64,000 bases of DNA from Candidatus Iainarchaeum sp. GTDB lineage: Archaea; Iainarchaeota; Iainarchaeia; Iainarchaeales; UBA10191. The stretch lies in assembly GCA_030649735.1 (NCBI GenBank), contig JAUSFL010000023.1, forward strand, positions 1 to 64,000, in the 5' to 3' direction. The translations under genes were made by a program, and so were the position numbers. A model generated the notes under the pieces. That model was not told the origin of the DNA and made no database searches. It was given only the letters and a program-made list of their open reading frames with translations. This document shows, in pieces, positions 8,301 through 17,267 of this stretch (its first letter is position 1; each line of letters starts with the position of its first letter).

Positions 8301-8982
8301 TGATCAGTATTGTCGTTGGCCTGATGTCTTTCAGGACTTCTGGGAGCATTTCTTCCAGCAAGTCTCTTTCTGTGATTTCTGCCCGGAATTTCCACGATTC
8401 GCTGCCTAAAAAGAGCCCGTTTAGTTCTGAATTTGCATGTCTTGTTTTTTTTAGGAACTGGTTTTGCGAGTTTGGGCTTTGGTTTAGTATTTCGTTCAAT
8501 TCAGTTAGTTTGCTGTAGAGTTTTTCTTCTTTGATTTGCCCGATTTTTTCTTTTCTTAGCCTTGCTTCCTGCAGGCTTATTTCTGCGTACTGGTTTTTTT
8601 GGGCTTCTTGCAGGTATTCGATGGTTTTTTCAAGGTAGAATCCGAGCTCGTTTGTTTTTTGCACTAAATTTGCCTGGCTGCTGCTTTGGCAGGACTGGCT
8701 TATTTCTTTAAGCGTGTTTTTTGCCTTGCCGTAGTAAGTCCAGCTCATTGAGACTGAATTTTCCCATTTTTTCAATTCTTCGTCAACGAATGGTTCTCCA
8801 AACTTTTCGATTTTTAGTTTTTCTTCAAGAATTTTTTTGCAAGAATCCGGGTTTTGGCAGTCTGGAATGCTTGCTTGTGGGATTGTCGCCAGGGAAGCGC
8901 ATTCTAGTTTTTGTTCGCTTGAAAGCATTGCGCAGCCGCTTAGGAAAAAAAGCAAGAGTATGGCTGGAATGATTGGCTTCAT
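5308..8982 (-). CDS. Large (1224 aa) surface lipoprotein, coiled-coil rich, C-terminal TM anchor
   Basis: Signal peptide with lipobox LSGC; paired Cys; central beta-rich region; C-terminal hydrophobic helix followed by KKKR. Confidence 0.8.
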   Translation of the reverse strand: MKPIIPAILLLFFLSGCAMLSSEQKLECASLATIPQASIPDCQNPDSCKKILEEKLKIEKFGEPFVDEELKKWENSVSMSWTYYGKAKNTLKEISQSCQSSSQANLVQKTNELGFYLEKTIEYLQEAQKNQYAEISLQEARLRKEKIGQIKEEKLYSKLTELNEILNQSPNSQNQFLKKTRHANSELNGLFLGSESWKFRAEITERDLLEEMLPEVLKDIRPTTILITLGKQAAKKASEKLNNSEKLQDSLQEMGIISAEKTSKAIESFIGLENSTAAEFQKLMQEQKNEELQLEKENSQRLQNTEELLKNNSEKIQKMLASNLLETDTGLLEKIMQELGIESKIQLRKNEFQNISDFQKNALEKNQELEELIKKEKTLKKTIGEKTKSAKELEKQANSISKEIELLEKESFEKTISACKEKAGSITKNAAILKNQDEFLLQDLQNNALKTKESQGKPALQACGKMLADLNEIQEKSANQEKFLTSKETSAKNCMEELERTKASKMQSISEKFEVLQKLMAAGIAMEKASIECEKLKEQAMQEANEKTREEQELFANAKQKQAALNNPGKETSAKIKELEKYFKQDLENTMLKASLKEQIKENLEELINQLNAAIENEAVEKIQDSAKIEAISERPIEANKQQKTAYSLILESDENLQNQQIKISQAIEGKIKPNELLEKVEKDKNQTLLFFKKIPKGTTIIEFEEFSMPATTDEKTENTFCNEEKAIFERKITIHTKESAEIPDLKIKTTLPENSSLLFAESEQKEIPAKKENDEITLELKNAKNNQSSSVWFQIDAPIEKTIELIMEKDEMQKTIQEYSLTVKNRSGTVLKNARINLDFLENADKITAVDEFGREKKVKKNYSTELVEEQLPPIQEKRYKLRAEFAKDSFDWKTIISQTKQITTGLSKSEIWEISQKARELLEKTNFLSENFSEQNKQDKQEALNYYQKAKELEAEQKRQEIPKERAQQQAAKTEELPKQEARQNDQNSISKAQLARMTEFIKRAELAIKNRENALSIAELLSKNLQNFGAQEMLESKYLPPITKEEIEKAKLDIQKMNFSKIGESLQKIKDLNSNGIINSSEVEKTIEESQKALDAVEKINEIKQALESKASELKIDAQTILEKESQKLQEKANGNEKAKFLLEKAAKELENKNYIKSIQYAGFANALVSLNHGIELPDLPMALIPLAGLIAIALLLKKKREKSEIQKQERIKKILRKESE

Positions 8983-9087
8983 TTTTGCTTTGCATTTGGC
9001 TGGTTTTAAAAAGTCTTTTTCAATTTCGGGGTTTGTCGATTGATGATTGAAGGCAGGTTTTTTAAGCCGTGAACCCTTTTTTTTATC

Positions 9088-9792
9088 ATGGGCTTTGATT
9101 TTTCGGCTGTTAAGGAAGAGGCTGTCCTTTTTTTCAACAGGCTTTCTCTCAAAACTTGGCTTTTGGTTGGATTGTTTGTTGTTTGCTTTTTGCTTGTTGT
9201 TTTTTTCCAGCTTTTAGGATTGGCTTTCGGGATTTTTTTGATTTTTGCTGTCGTCGCTTTCTTGATTTTGCAGAAGAGCCATGTTTCTTTGCAGGAGCAT
9301 AAGGAAGTTTTGGTTCGCGAGAATAGGGCTGCTGAAAAGCGCTTTTTGAAGCATTTGATTGATGAGAAGACTTTCAAGAAGATTGTTTCGGATAATGAAA
9401 GGCGCATTATTGGAATTGACGCCAACTTGAAGGCAAGGGAGGAGGTTGCTGACTTTTCAGTTGCTGAAAACTCCGCATTAAGCATTAGGAAACGCCATAA
9501 GTTGAAGGAATTGCTTGAGGAAAAGAAGCGGGTTGTTTCAGAATTTGAGTTTGCCAAGGCAAAGTTTTACAAGCGCAAGATTGACGAGAAGACGTTTCAG
9601 GAGATTTCAATGGAAAAGCAGACCAGGCTTGTGGAATTGGATACTTTCATTGCCGAGCTTTACAGGACTGAAGCCCAGGAAATAATGCTTGATACAGCCA
9701 GGAAATTGAAGAGCGTAAAAAACAATTCTCCACAGCAAGGTTCTTCAGAAACTGGCCAGCATATTCAAAAACCCAGGCTTAGGCAAAGGTAG
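9088..9792 (+). CDS. Membrane protein with cytoplasmic coiled-coil and two SHOCT-like repeats
   Basis: Two N-terminal TMs; repeats FLKHLIDEKTFKKI and FYKRKIDEKTFQEI. Confidence 0.7.
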   Translation: MGFDFSAVKEEAVLFFNRLSLKTWLLVGLFVVCFLLVVFFQLLGLAFGIFLIFAVVAFLILQKSHVSLQEHKEVLVRENRAAEKRFLKHLIDEKTFKKIVSDNERRIIGIDANLKAREEVADFSVAENSALSIRKRHKLKELLEEKKRVVSEFEFAKAKFYKRKIDEKTFQEISMEKQTRLVELDTFIAELYRTEAQEIMLDTARKLKSVKNNSPQQGSSETGQHIQKPRLRQR

Positions 9793-9796
9793 TTTT

Positions 9797-10396
9797 ATGC
9801 TTTCTTTAAAGCGGGCTGAAGTTTTGGTGGCGCTTTCCAGAAAAAGCATTTCTTTCTTTTTTGAAAAGCGTTCTTTGCGTTCTGAAATTCCTTCAAATTC
9901 TTTTCTTAATGAAAAACTCGGGGTTTTTGTTACTTTGAGTTCTTTTCCTGAAAAAGAGCTTAGGGGTTGCATTGGCTTTGCAATGCCTGTAATTCCTTTG
10001 GGAAAGGCTGTTGTAACTGCTGCTTTGGCCGCGGCTTTTGAAGACCCTCGTTTTGAGCCTTTGCAAAAGCAAGAGCTTTCAAGGATTGTGGTTGAGGTTT
10101 CTGTTCTTTCAAAGCCGCAAAAATTCAATGCTCCAAATTCTCAATTGCCTTTGCGAATCATTGTTGGAAAGCACGGCTTGATTGTTAGTGATGGGTTTCA
10201 AAGCGGGTTGCTTTTGCCGCAAGTTCCTGTAGAGTGGGGTTGGAGTTCTTTGCAGTTTTTGGAGCAGTGCTGCCTTAAGGCTGGCTTGCCAAAGAATGCC
10301 TGGAAGTCTGAAAGCGTTAAAGTGGAGTTTTTTGAGGCTCAAGTTTTCGGGGAAGAACGGCCTGAAGGCAAGGTTGTTGAAGAAAAGTTGGTTTAA
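9797..10396 (+). CDS. AMMECR1-domain protein (TIGR00296 family)
   Basis: GVFVTL...LRGCIG, AAFEDPRF, EVSVLS, GLLLPQV, KAGL motifs. Confidence 0.95.
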   Translation: MLSLKRAEVLVALSRKSISFFFEKRSLRSEIPSNSFLNEKLGVFVTLSSFPEKELRGCIGFAMPVIPLGKAVVTAALAAAFEDPRFEPLQKQELSRIVVEVSVLSKPQKFNAPNSQLPLRIIVGKHGLIVSDGFQSGLLLPQVPVEWGWSSLQFLEQCCLKAGLPKNAWKSESVKVEFFEAQVFGEERPEGKVVEEKLV

Positions 10397-10420
10397 AATT
10401 CGCGCTTATTTTCTGATTTG

Positions 10421-10678
10421 TCATTTGCATTCTTGGTAATAGTTCACGCCTTTCTTTTGCATGCAGTTCACTAAAGAGTCTGCCGCTTTTTCAAGAATTG
10501 AGTTTTTTTCCTTTAATGCCGCGTTGTCTTTCAGTACTGCCTTTTCCATTTCTGGAAAAACCAGGTACATTGAAAGCAGTCCGCCGATTATTATCCCTAA
10601 AACCAGCATTAGAACAAGCAGGTTTCTTTCGCTGTTGTGTTTTTTTCCGCCGCCGAGTTCCTGGTCTTCTTTGCTCAT
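10421..10678 (-). CDS. Small single-TM protein with short coiled coil
   Basis: One TM, then a heptad segment and a Cys pair; directly downstream of taw1. Confidence 0.65.
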   Translation of the reverse strand: MSKEDQELGGGKKHNSERNLLVLMLVLGIIIGGLLSMYLVFPEMEKAVLKDNAALKEKNSILEKAADSLVNCMQKKGVNYYQECK

Positions 10679-10684
10679 TATTTT

Positions 10685-11665
10685 TCACTTTCCAATTTTT
10701 TTGAAGTCGATTTTCAGTTTTGTTTTTTTATTCCATAAAAGCGCCACGCGGCTTTTTTTGTCTTCTGCTTTGAGTACATAATGTTTTAGGTGCTTTAAAA
10801 CCTTTTTGGAAAATGCGCGGACTTCCCGCATTGAAAGCATGTTTTCCTTTTCCAGTCTTTGCTGGGAATAGCCGACGTGCATGTAGCTTTTCAATTCGAC
10901 AAAGCTTGGCCTTGCCTTTGCAATCAATTCAGCAAGCTTTTTTTCGTGATTGTCATTGATGCCTTTCACTAGCGTGACTCTAATGCAGGTGCGTGGGAAT
11001 TTTTTCAAGAGCGCAAGGCTTTTTTGCATTCTTTTCCAAGAGTCTTTGAGCATTGGCTTGTTGAGCTTTTTGTGAATTTCTTCAACTCCGGTGTCAATGC
11101 TTAGGTAAAGCTGGGTTGGCTTTGCCTTTTTTTTAAGCAGCAATTCAAGCATTTCTGGGTGCAATGCGTTGCTTACAAGGAATGTTGAAATTTTGCGTTT
11201 GTGAAAGCCGCGGATTAGTTCTGGGAGTTTTTTATAGAGTGTTGGCTCTCCGCTCAAGGAGATTGCCGCATGCATTGGGGAGAGCGCTTCTTCGAGCTTT
11301 TTTTTGCTTGTGAGGCCTTGTTTTACCAGGCTTCCGAAGCCTGAAAGCAATTGTTTTTGCTCTTCCAGCGCTTTTTCTATGATTTCTTCAGGCTTGTCAA
11401 ATGCTTTTAGCTTTTTTTCTTTTGAAGTTATTGGCCGCCAGCAGTAAGTGCATTTTTGGTCGCAAAAGCTGCTTGTCGGAGTCATTTGCAGGCAGCGGTG
11501 GGAGTTAATGCCGTAAAACTTTTGCTTATAGCAAACATCGCTTTCTTTAAGGCTGGTTTTCAAGTAGTGGCATAGTTTTGCTGCCGAATGCCCGAATAAG
11601 GCATAATGCTGCCTTTGCAGCATTGAAATTACTTCTTTAGGAAGATAAAATTCAGTCTTTTTCAT
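10685..11665 (-). CDS. taw1: 4-demethylwyosine synthase Taw1/TYW1 (radical SAM)
   Basis: HSAAKLCHY, CYKQKFYGINSHRCLQMTP, CDQKCTYCWR, AISLSGEPT. Confidence 0.95.
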   Translation of the reverse strand: MKKTEFYLPKEVISMLQRQHYALFGHSAAKLCHYLKTSLKESDVCYKQKFYGINSHRCLQMTPTSSFCDQKCTYCWRPITSKEKKLKAFDKPEEIIEKALEEQKQLLSGFGSLVKQGLTSKKKLEEALSPMHAAISLSGEPTLYKKLPELIRGFHKRKISTFLVSNALHPEMLELLLKKKAKPTQLYLSIDTGVEEIHKKLNKPMLKDSWKRMQKSLALLKKFPRTCIRVTLVKGINDNHEKKLAELIAKARPSFVELKSYMHVGYSQQRLEKENMLSMREVRAFSKKVLKHLKHYVLKAEDKKSRVALLWNKKTKLKIDFKKIGK

Positions 11666-11829
11666 GCTTAAACATAACCGCCTTTTTTCTTTACTAAACT
11701 TGCTCCAGAAAATTCTTTAAAAACATCACTTATATATAATAAACTTGTTTTTTGGCAAAGAAAACAAAAGTTTAAAAACAAGTTTAGCGTCATTACTACA
11801 GATTTTGATTATCATTGGGGTGAAGAATA

Positions 11830-12099
11830 ATGTACAAATACACAATTGCTCGACAGCTTGCAACAAAACGTGTCATAACAAACCGCGGTGACGAAGTGGG
11901 CCGGTTAACCGACCTTTTAGTCAACGAAAATACTGGGGAACTTGAAACCTTGTTGGTTGAAGTTGACCGTGACAGCAAAGTTATCAGGAAAATCGGCGCA
12001 AAAGACAAGATTTTGCATATTCCTTTTAGCGCAGTAACTGCTGTTTCTGACGTTTTCATTGTTGACGAGCGCGAATTGGCAAATGTCGAATCGGATTGA
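11830..12099 (+). CDS. PRC-barrel domain protein (CdpB1-like)
   Basis: KRVITNRGDEVGRLTDLLVNENTGEL...IPFSAVTAVSDVFIV. Confidence 0.88.
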   Translation: MYKYTIARQLATKRVITNRGDEVGRLTDLLVNENTGELETLLVEVDRDSKVIRKIGAKDKILHIPFSAVTAVSDVFIVDERELANVESD

Positions 12100-12136
12100 A
12101 GCGCTCGCTTTTTTCCTATTTCTTCTTTAAATGAAA

Positions 12137-13009
12137 TTATAGTCGTAAGACTATTTTTTTCTCTTTTAAGCTGATTTCTTTGACCAGCCTTGCGCCCAAA
12201 TTTCCTTTCTTTCCAGCATCGATGATTTTTGCCTCAATTTCTTTTTCAGGCAATTCTTTTGCTTTTCCTTTCTTGATCGCATTCAGCAGTTCTTCAATCT
12301 CTTGCGCGTTAGCGTAAATCAATTCTGCTTTTTTCTGGTTTTCCAAAATCTCGTTTTGGAATTTTTCTTTTGCCTTTTCCTGCTCTTTAATGCTGTGCAG
12401 CAGCTTTGCCCTTTTTTTCTCGCTTTGGCTTTCTTTTTCAACAGCTTCCGGAGTCTGGCTTATTTTTTTTGAGAATTCCTCGTCCAATTGTTCCATTAAT
12501 CCTTCAATTTTTTTCCAGCCCGTGCGTTTTTTCTCGAGCTCTTGCCTTTTTTGCTCATTGATGTTTTGGGGAAACTTGTAAGTTTCGCCTTTTGCGAGCT
12601 TTCTGTCTTTCCATTCTCCCCTTCGGAATGGCTGCAAGATTTTCCACTCTTTGTCGCAAAGCACTATGTTTCCTTCGTCAAAGAATTCGCAGGCAAGGAA
12701 GAATTTTTCCATTTCTAAAACAATAACTCTGTCTAGGTCTTTTTGCCAAACTTTCATTATTTTTTTGTTGCTTAGGTATTTTTTCAAGAATCCGGCGAAT
12801 CCTTTGGGGTTTGAAAGCGTTGAAAGCTTGAATTGTGAAACCCAAATTGCCTCTGGGCTGATGATTAGATCCAAACTTCCTTCTTTGGAATGCAGTCTTA
12901 TCTTTAGGCTGTTGCCTTCGAGCTCTTGGATTTTGTTGATGTGGCTTTCTTCAATCAATGGTTTTAGTTCTTCCACTAATTGCGCTATGACTAAACTGTC
13001 GGCTTGCAT
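12137..13009 (-). CDS. Short NFACT/Rqc2 (RqcH/FbpA)-family protein
   Basis: NFACT-N motifs INKIQE, FAGFLKKYL, QKDLDRVI, EFFDEGNIVLCD, DRKL..GETYKFP, then coiled coil with KAELIYAN. Confidence 0.85.
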   Translation of the reverse strand: MQADSLVIAQLVEELKPLIEESHINKIQELEGNSLKIRLHSKEGSLDLIISPEAIWVSQFKLSTLSNPKGFAGFLKKYLSNKKIMKVWQKDLDRVIVLEMEKFFLACEFFDEGNIVLCDKEWKILQPFRRGEWKDRKLAKGETYKFPQNINEQKRQELEKKRTGWKKIEGLMEQLDEEFSKKISQTPEAVEKESQSEKKRAKLLHSIKEQEKAKEKFQNEILENQKKAELIYANAQEIEELLNAIKKGKAKELPEKEIEAKIIDAGKKGNLGARLVKEISLKEKKIVLRL

Positions 13010-13049
13010 GAAAGAATTAAATGTGTGTTTTTTCTTAAAAAACCAGTTG

Positions 13050-14255
13050 CTACAAGTACTTGCTTAGTATTGCTATTAGGCCCGGGCGTTGCATGAGTTT
13101 TTTTCCGAAAAGCATTATTTTTTCCTTGCCGTTCATTTCTCCGCCGGCAATTTTGAGGCAGTCTTCCACTGTAAGGCTTTCTGCCAGGTAGTTGAAGTCT
13201 GCGTCTGAAAGCTTTTCAAGCAAGAGCCTTGCCTTTAGGCGTTTTTTCAATTGGTTTCCGCGCCTTTCAAACCATTCTTTTGTGAATTGCTGCAGGAATT
13301 CGTGCGAGTAATTTTTTGCTTTGTGGGCTTTGATTGCTGTTTCGACTGCTATTGCTCCGCCTTCCATTGCAATGCCTATTCCGCCGCCGTGAATTGGGTC
13401 TGTCATATGCCCCGCATCCCCAACAACAAGCAAATTATCGCTTGTCAGGTCTTCCAAGAATCCGCCTACTGGGATTGCTCCCGCGTTTACTTCAATGATG
13501 CTGGCATTCTCGAAGATTTTTGGGTTTGCTTCAATGAATTTGTCCAAGTAGTGTTTTGCTGTTTTTTCTTGCATTGCGCTAATTCCAATTCCAACGTTTG
13601 CTGTTGCTTTTCTTTTTGGAAATATCCATAAATAGCCGCGGGGGCTTATTTCTGTCCCAAAGTACATGTTGAGGTCTTTTTCTTCGTAGTGTTTTGTGTT
13701 CAGGTTTGTCATTTCGTACTGGAATCCAGAGTCCATGTCGTAAGGCTTGTTTGCCGTGTTTTTTCCAAGCATTCTTGCTACTCTGCTGTCCACTCCGTCT
13801 GCAGCCATTATTAGCGGCGCAGTGTATTTTTTTATTTCTGTATACTCATTAACAGTAACTTCAACTATTCCATTCTTGCGTTCGCAGTTTTCCACGTTTG
13901 CTTTAACTATAATTTTTGCGCCTTTTTTTGCTGCAGCGATTGCCAGGTGTTTTTCAAAGACTTTTCTTTCAAGCACATAGCCCGCGACTTTTTTCGTGCG
14001 CATTTGGATTGATTTTCCGCTTGGCGCAATTAGTGTTGCTCCGTAGATTGGCTGTACTGCCCATTCCTTGTTTGGCTTTAAGCCGAGCCTTTTGAACCAT
14101 CCTAGGCCCAGGCCTTCGGCGCATCTTTTTGGCGGGCCTATTTCTTGCTTTCTGTCAAGAACTAAAACCTTGAGTTTTGCACTTGCCGCTTTTTCTGCAG
14201 CCCATAGTCCTGAAGGCCCTGCGCCGACAATTATCAAATCATACTGATTGTCCAT
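13050..14255 (-). CDS. Digeranylgeranylglycerophospholipid reductase (GGR)
   Basis: GAGPSG, PKRCAEG, AADGVDS, PRGYLWIFPK, GDAGHMTDPIHGGGI. Confidence 0.92.
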   Translation of the reverse strand: MDNQYDLIIVGAGPSGLWAAEKAASAKLKVLVLDRKQEIGPPKRCAEGLGLGWFKRLGLKPNKEWAVQPIYGATLIAPSGKSIQMRTKKVAGYVLERKVFEKHLAIAAAKKGAKIIVKANVENCERKNGIVEVTVNEYTEIKKYTAPLIMAADGVDSRVARMLGKNTANKPYDMDSGFQYEMTNLNTKHYEEKDLNMYFGTEISPRGYLWIFPKRKATANVGIGISAMQEKTAKHYLDKFIEANPKIFENASIIEVNAGAIPVGGFLEDLTSDNLLVVGDAGHMTDPIHGGGIGIAMEGGAIAVETAIKAHKAKNYSHEFLQQFTKEWFERRGNQLKKRLKARLLLEKLSDADFNYLAESLTVEDCLKIAGGEMNGKEKIMLFGKKLMQRPGLIAILSKYL

Positions 14256-14259
14256 TTTT

Positions 14260-14457
14260 TCACTCTTCTTTTGCCTTGAGCTCTTTTTGCAGGGCTATTG
14301 CGCCTACTGGGCACATTCTGACGCATGCTTGGCAATTAATGCAGGTGTTATTGTCTACAGTTAGCCTGGTTTCTTTTAATTCCATGCAGTTTACAGGGCA
14401 TATTGAAACGCATGCTCCGCAGTAGCAGCATTTTGTCCTGTCTATTTTTACTCCCAT
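14260..14457 (-). CDS. 2x[4Fe-4S] ferredoxin
   Basis: Two CxxCxxCxxxCP motifs; immediately upstream of GGR. Confidence 0.93.
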   Translation of the reverse strand: MGVKIDRTKCCYCGACVSICPVNCMELKETRLTVDNNTCINCQACVRMCPVGAIALQKELKAKEE

Positions 14458-14521
14458 TTTTTGCTCACTTGCTATAATTTGATTTTTGGTAATCTATAAA
14501 AAGAAATCCGTTTGCCGGCGT

Positions 14522-15472
14522 TTAAAGGAATTGCTCGTAGTTTTCGGCGTTGAATTTGTACAAAAAGCGCTTTATTTTGGCGTTTTTGAACTCGAATTCC
14601 GCGAGCGCTGTTTCTTTTTTGCCCGCGAATTTTTCAACATGGTGCTTTTGGCTTGGGTCTAGAATGTAAAAGTTTCCTTTGTGCTCTGTGATCACTATGG
14701 CGTGCGTTGTCAAGTTGTCCAATTCTGTGATTACCACTTGTGCCTTGTCGTCTCCTAATTCAAACAGCGCGCTGCAGAGCATTACTGCCAGGTCTTCGTC
14801 ATCGCTTACTCCAGCTTCAAGGATTTCTTTTGGCTCTAGCCAGAAGTTTATTCCAAAGTCTGCTTTTGCGTATTCTATTTCTTCATTCAGGTATTCGAGG
14901 ACTTTTTCCGCTGTTTGCAAGTAGTCTTTTTCGAAATTGTAGTTTTCCGGCTTTAAGTCTTGGATTATTGCCTGTATTGTCAGGTCTTTTTTGTTCACTA
15001 ATTCTTTTATTTCCCCGACTGTTTTTGTTTCTTTTTCGTTGATTGTTTGCGCGTATTTGCGCAGGAGCATTTTTGCGAGCTTGCTTTCGTTTTCTGTTTT
15101 TGCTTCTGTTTTTTTTTGGTCTCCAATCCCAAGGCTTCCGAAGACTTTCCTTAATTCGGCGTATCTTTTTCTCAAGTCCAGCAGTTCTTTTTCCTGGGCG
15201 ATTGCTTTTTTTCTAAGCGTGATGTTTTCTGCCTCGATTGCTGTAATGTCTTTTCCTTGAATTGCGGAAATTTCGCATTCGAGCTTGTCTATTCTTTTCT
15301 CCAAGTCCGGGTTTTGGGTTTTTTCCTGCTTTTCCTTGAGGTTTTGCAGTTCTTTCCAGAGCTTTTGCTCTTGTTCTGTTGCCGTCAGTTTTTTTTCCCT
15401 AAAAGCAATCACCTTACTACATAATGTGCTTTTTTCTTTAAAACCAATTGGTATTTGCTCGGAAAAAAGCAT
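14522..15472 (-). CDS. Coiled-coil plus transglutaminase-like domain protein (catalytic Cys apparently replaced by Asp)
   Basis: FWLEPKEILEAGVSDDEDLAVMLCS...THAIV...YILDPS; ATG 15472 preferred. Confidence 0.75.
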   Translation of the reverse strand: MLFSEQIPIGFKEKSTLCSKVIAFREKKLTATEQEQKLWKELQNLKEKQEKTQNPDLEKRIDKLECEISAIQGKDITAIEAENITLRKKAIAQEKELLDLRKRYAELRKVFGSLGIGDQKKTEAKTENESKLAKMLLRKYAQTINEKETKTVGEIKELVNKKDLTIQAIIQDLKPENYNFEKDYLQTAEKVLEYLNEEIEYAKADFGINFWLEPKEILEAGVSDDEDLAVMLCSALFELGDDKAQVVITELDNLTTHAIVITEHKGNFYILDPSQKHHVEKFAGKKETALAEFEFKNAKIKRFLYKFNAENYEQFL

Positions 15473-15504
15473 GATTTTTAACTCCAATCTTCCTTTTTTA
15501 AGGC

Positions 15505-16860
15505 ATGGCTGCAAAGAATTCTGCATCTTCGATTTTTAGGCTTTCTTTTTTTGGCGCTGCTGAAGAGGTAGGCAGGAGCAGCATTTTGCTTGAGTTTAAC
15601 GGAACGGCTGTTTTGCTTGATGCCGGCATTAAGGTCGGCAGGGAAAAGAACGAGTTTCCTGAAATTCCTTTGGAGCTTCCGGCAAAGCTTTTCGCGATTG
15701 TTTTGTCGCATGCGCATTTGGACCATATTGGCTTTGTTCCTGCTTTAATCAAGCATGGCTTTAAGGGAAAAATTTACTGCACTAAGCCGACAAGGGATTT
15801 GATGCACGTTTTATTGGCTGACGCTTTTGCTATTTCCAAAGAGCGCGGCCAAGAGCTTTATTCAGCGAAAGACATTGAGAAGACAATGCGGCTTGTTGAG
15901 GTTGTCCCTTTTGAAAAATCAGTGAAAATTTCAAGGAATTTTTCCTTCAAGCTTTTTTCTTCTGGCCATATTATTGGCTCTGCAATGATTTTGATGAATT
16001 GCGCTGGCAAGCATTTGCTTTACACTGGGGATTTTAACACTCGGGAATCAAATCTTTTGGAAGGCTGTAAGATTCCTAAGGAGAAAGTTGATTTTTTAAT
16101 TATGGAAGCGACTTATGGCTCCAAGAAAGACATGCTGCCTTCATTGAAGTCTGTGAGCAAGGAATTTGCTGACGCTGTGAACGGGACTTTTCTTTTGGGC
16201 GGCAAGGTTTTAGTGCCTGTTTTTGCTGTTGGAAGAGGGCAGGAGTTGATGTTTGTTTTGGAGAATTACATTCGCTCTGGTTATCTTCCTTGCGACACTG
16301 TTGTTTTTGTTGATGGAATGATTAATTCTGTGAACAAGATTTGCAGGCATAATGTCGTTTTTTTGAGGCCTGAAATTCCTGCAAGGATTTTGAATTCTGA
16401 TGATGATCCTTTCAAGAGCCCTTTTTTCAAGATTCCGGAATCTAAAAGCAAGTCTGAAGTTTACGCTGCGGAGAACGCGGTTATTTTGGCCACTAGTGGA
16501 ATGCTTACTGGCGGGCCTTCTGTTTCATACTTCAAAAGGCTTGCGAGGAACGAGCGCAATTTGATTGCTTTGGTTGGCTTTCAAGGAAAGGACAGTTTGG
16601 GCAGGGAATTATTGAATGGGGCCAAAGAAGTCAAAATAAAGGAAAGCAGGGTTCCTGTCAAGGCAATGGTTAGAAAATTCGGCTTTTCAGGCCATGCGGA
16701 TTTTTTGGGGCTGTTTGAGTTTGTCCGAAAGATTGCGCCTTCAAAGATTTTCATTGTTCACGGCGAGCATTCAAAGCAGTTGGAGTTTGTTGCCGTGGTT
16801 AAGAATAAATTGAAGAAAGAGGCTATTGTTCCAAAGGCTTTGGAAGTGTTTGACTTATGA
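15505..16860 (+). CDS. beta-CASP metallo-beta-lactamase ribonuclease (aCPSF-like, no KH domains)
   Basis: GAAEEVGRS, SHAHLDHIG, GHIIG, YTGD, MEATYG, FAVGRGQE, FSGHAD, VHGE. Confidence 0.93.
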   Translation: MAAKNSASSIFRLSFFGAAEEVGRSSILLEFNGTAVLLDAGIKVGREKNEFPEIPLELPAKLFAIVLSHAHLDHIGFVPALIKHGFKGKIYCTKPTRDLMHVLLADAFAISKERGQELYSAKDIEKTMRLVEVVPFEKSVKISRNFSFKLFSSGHIIGSAMILMNCAGKHLLYTGDFNTRESNLLEGCKIPKEKVDFLIMEATYGSKKDMLPSLKSVSKEFADAVNGTFLLGGKVLVPVFAVGRGQELMFVLENYIRSGYLPCDTVVFVDGMINSVNKICRHNVVFLRPEIPARILNSDDDPFKSPFFKIPESKSKSEVYAAENAVILATSGMLTGGPSVSYFKRLARNERNLIALVGFQGKDSLGRELLNGAKEVKIKESRVPVKAMVRKFGFSGHADFLGLFEFVRKIAPSKIFIVHGEHSKQLEFVAVVKNKLKKEAIVPKALEVFDL

Positions 16861-17267
16861 GTGAGAAGAAAGCCCAGGTTGCCGCGGAGTACCTTATAAT
16901 AAGCGGTTTTTTGCTGTTGGCAGTGATTGTTTTTTTCATTTACTCGATTTCAAGCTATAATGATTCTGTTTCTTTCACCAAGGCAAAGAATGTCGTTGAT
17001 TCATTGTCTAATACTGCATCGCAGCTTTCCGGCCTTGGGAATGGCAGTTCTTTGGTTGTTGACTTGGAGTTTCCTGAAAACATCCAGTCTTTTCAGGTTT
17101 CTGGAAAGACATTCAGGCTTTTTTTGACTACTGGCTCAGGAACGCAAGAGTATTATGCGGAGTCAAGGCTTGACTTGAATTCTGCTGTTCTTCCATTGAC
17201 TTCTGGATTTCATTCAATCAAGGTTTCGCGCTTGAACAACAAGGTTGACTTTGTAGAGGTAAAATGA
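16857..17267 (+). CDS. Type IV pilin-like protein
   Basis: Class III signal peptide KKA|QVAAEYLII followed by a hydrophobic helix. Confidence 0.85.
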   Translation: MSEKKAQVAAEYLIISGFLLLAVIVFFIYSISSYNDSVSFTKAKNVVDSLSNTASQLSGLGNGSSLVVDLEFPENIQSFQVSGKTFRLFLTTGSGTQEYYAESRLDLNSAVLPLTSGFHSIKVSRLNNKVDFVEVK

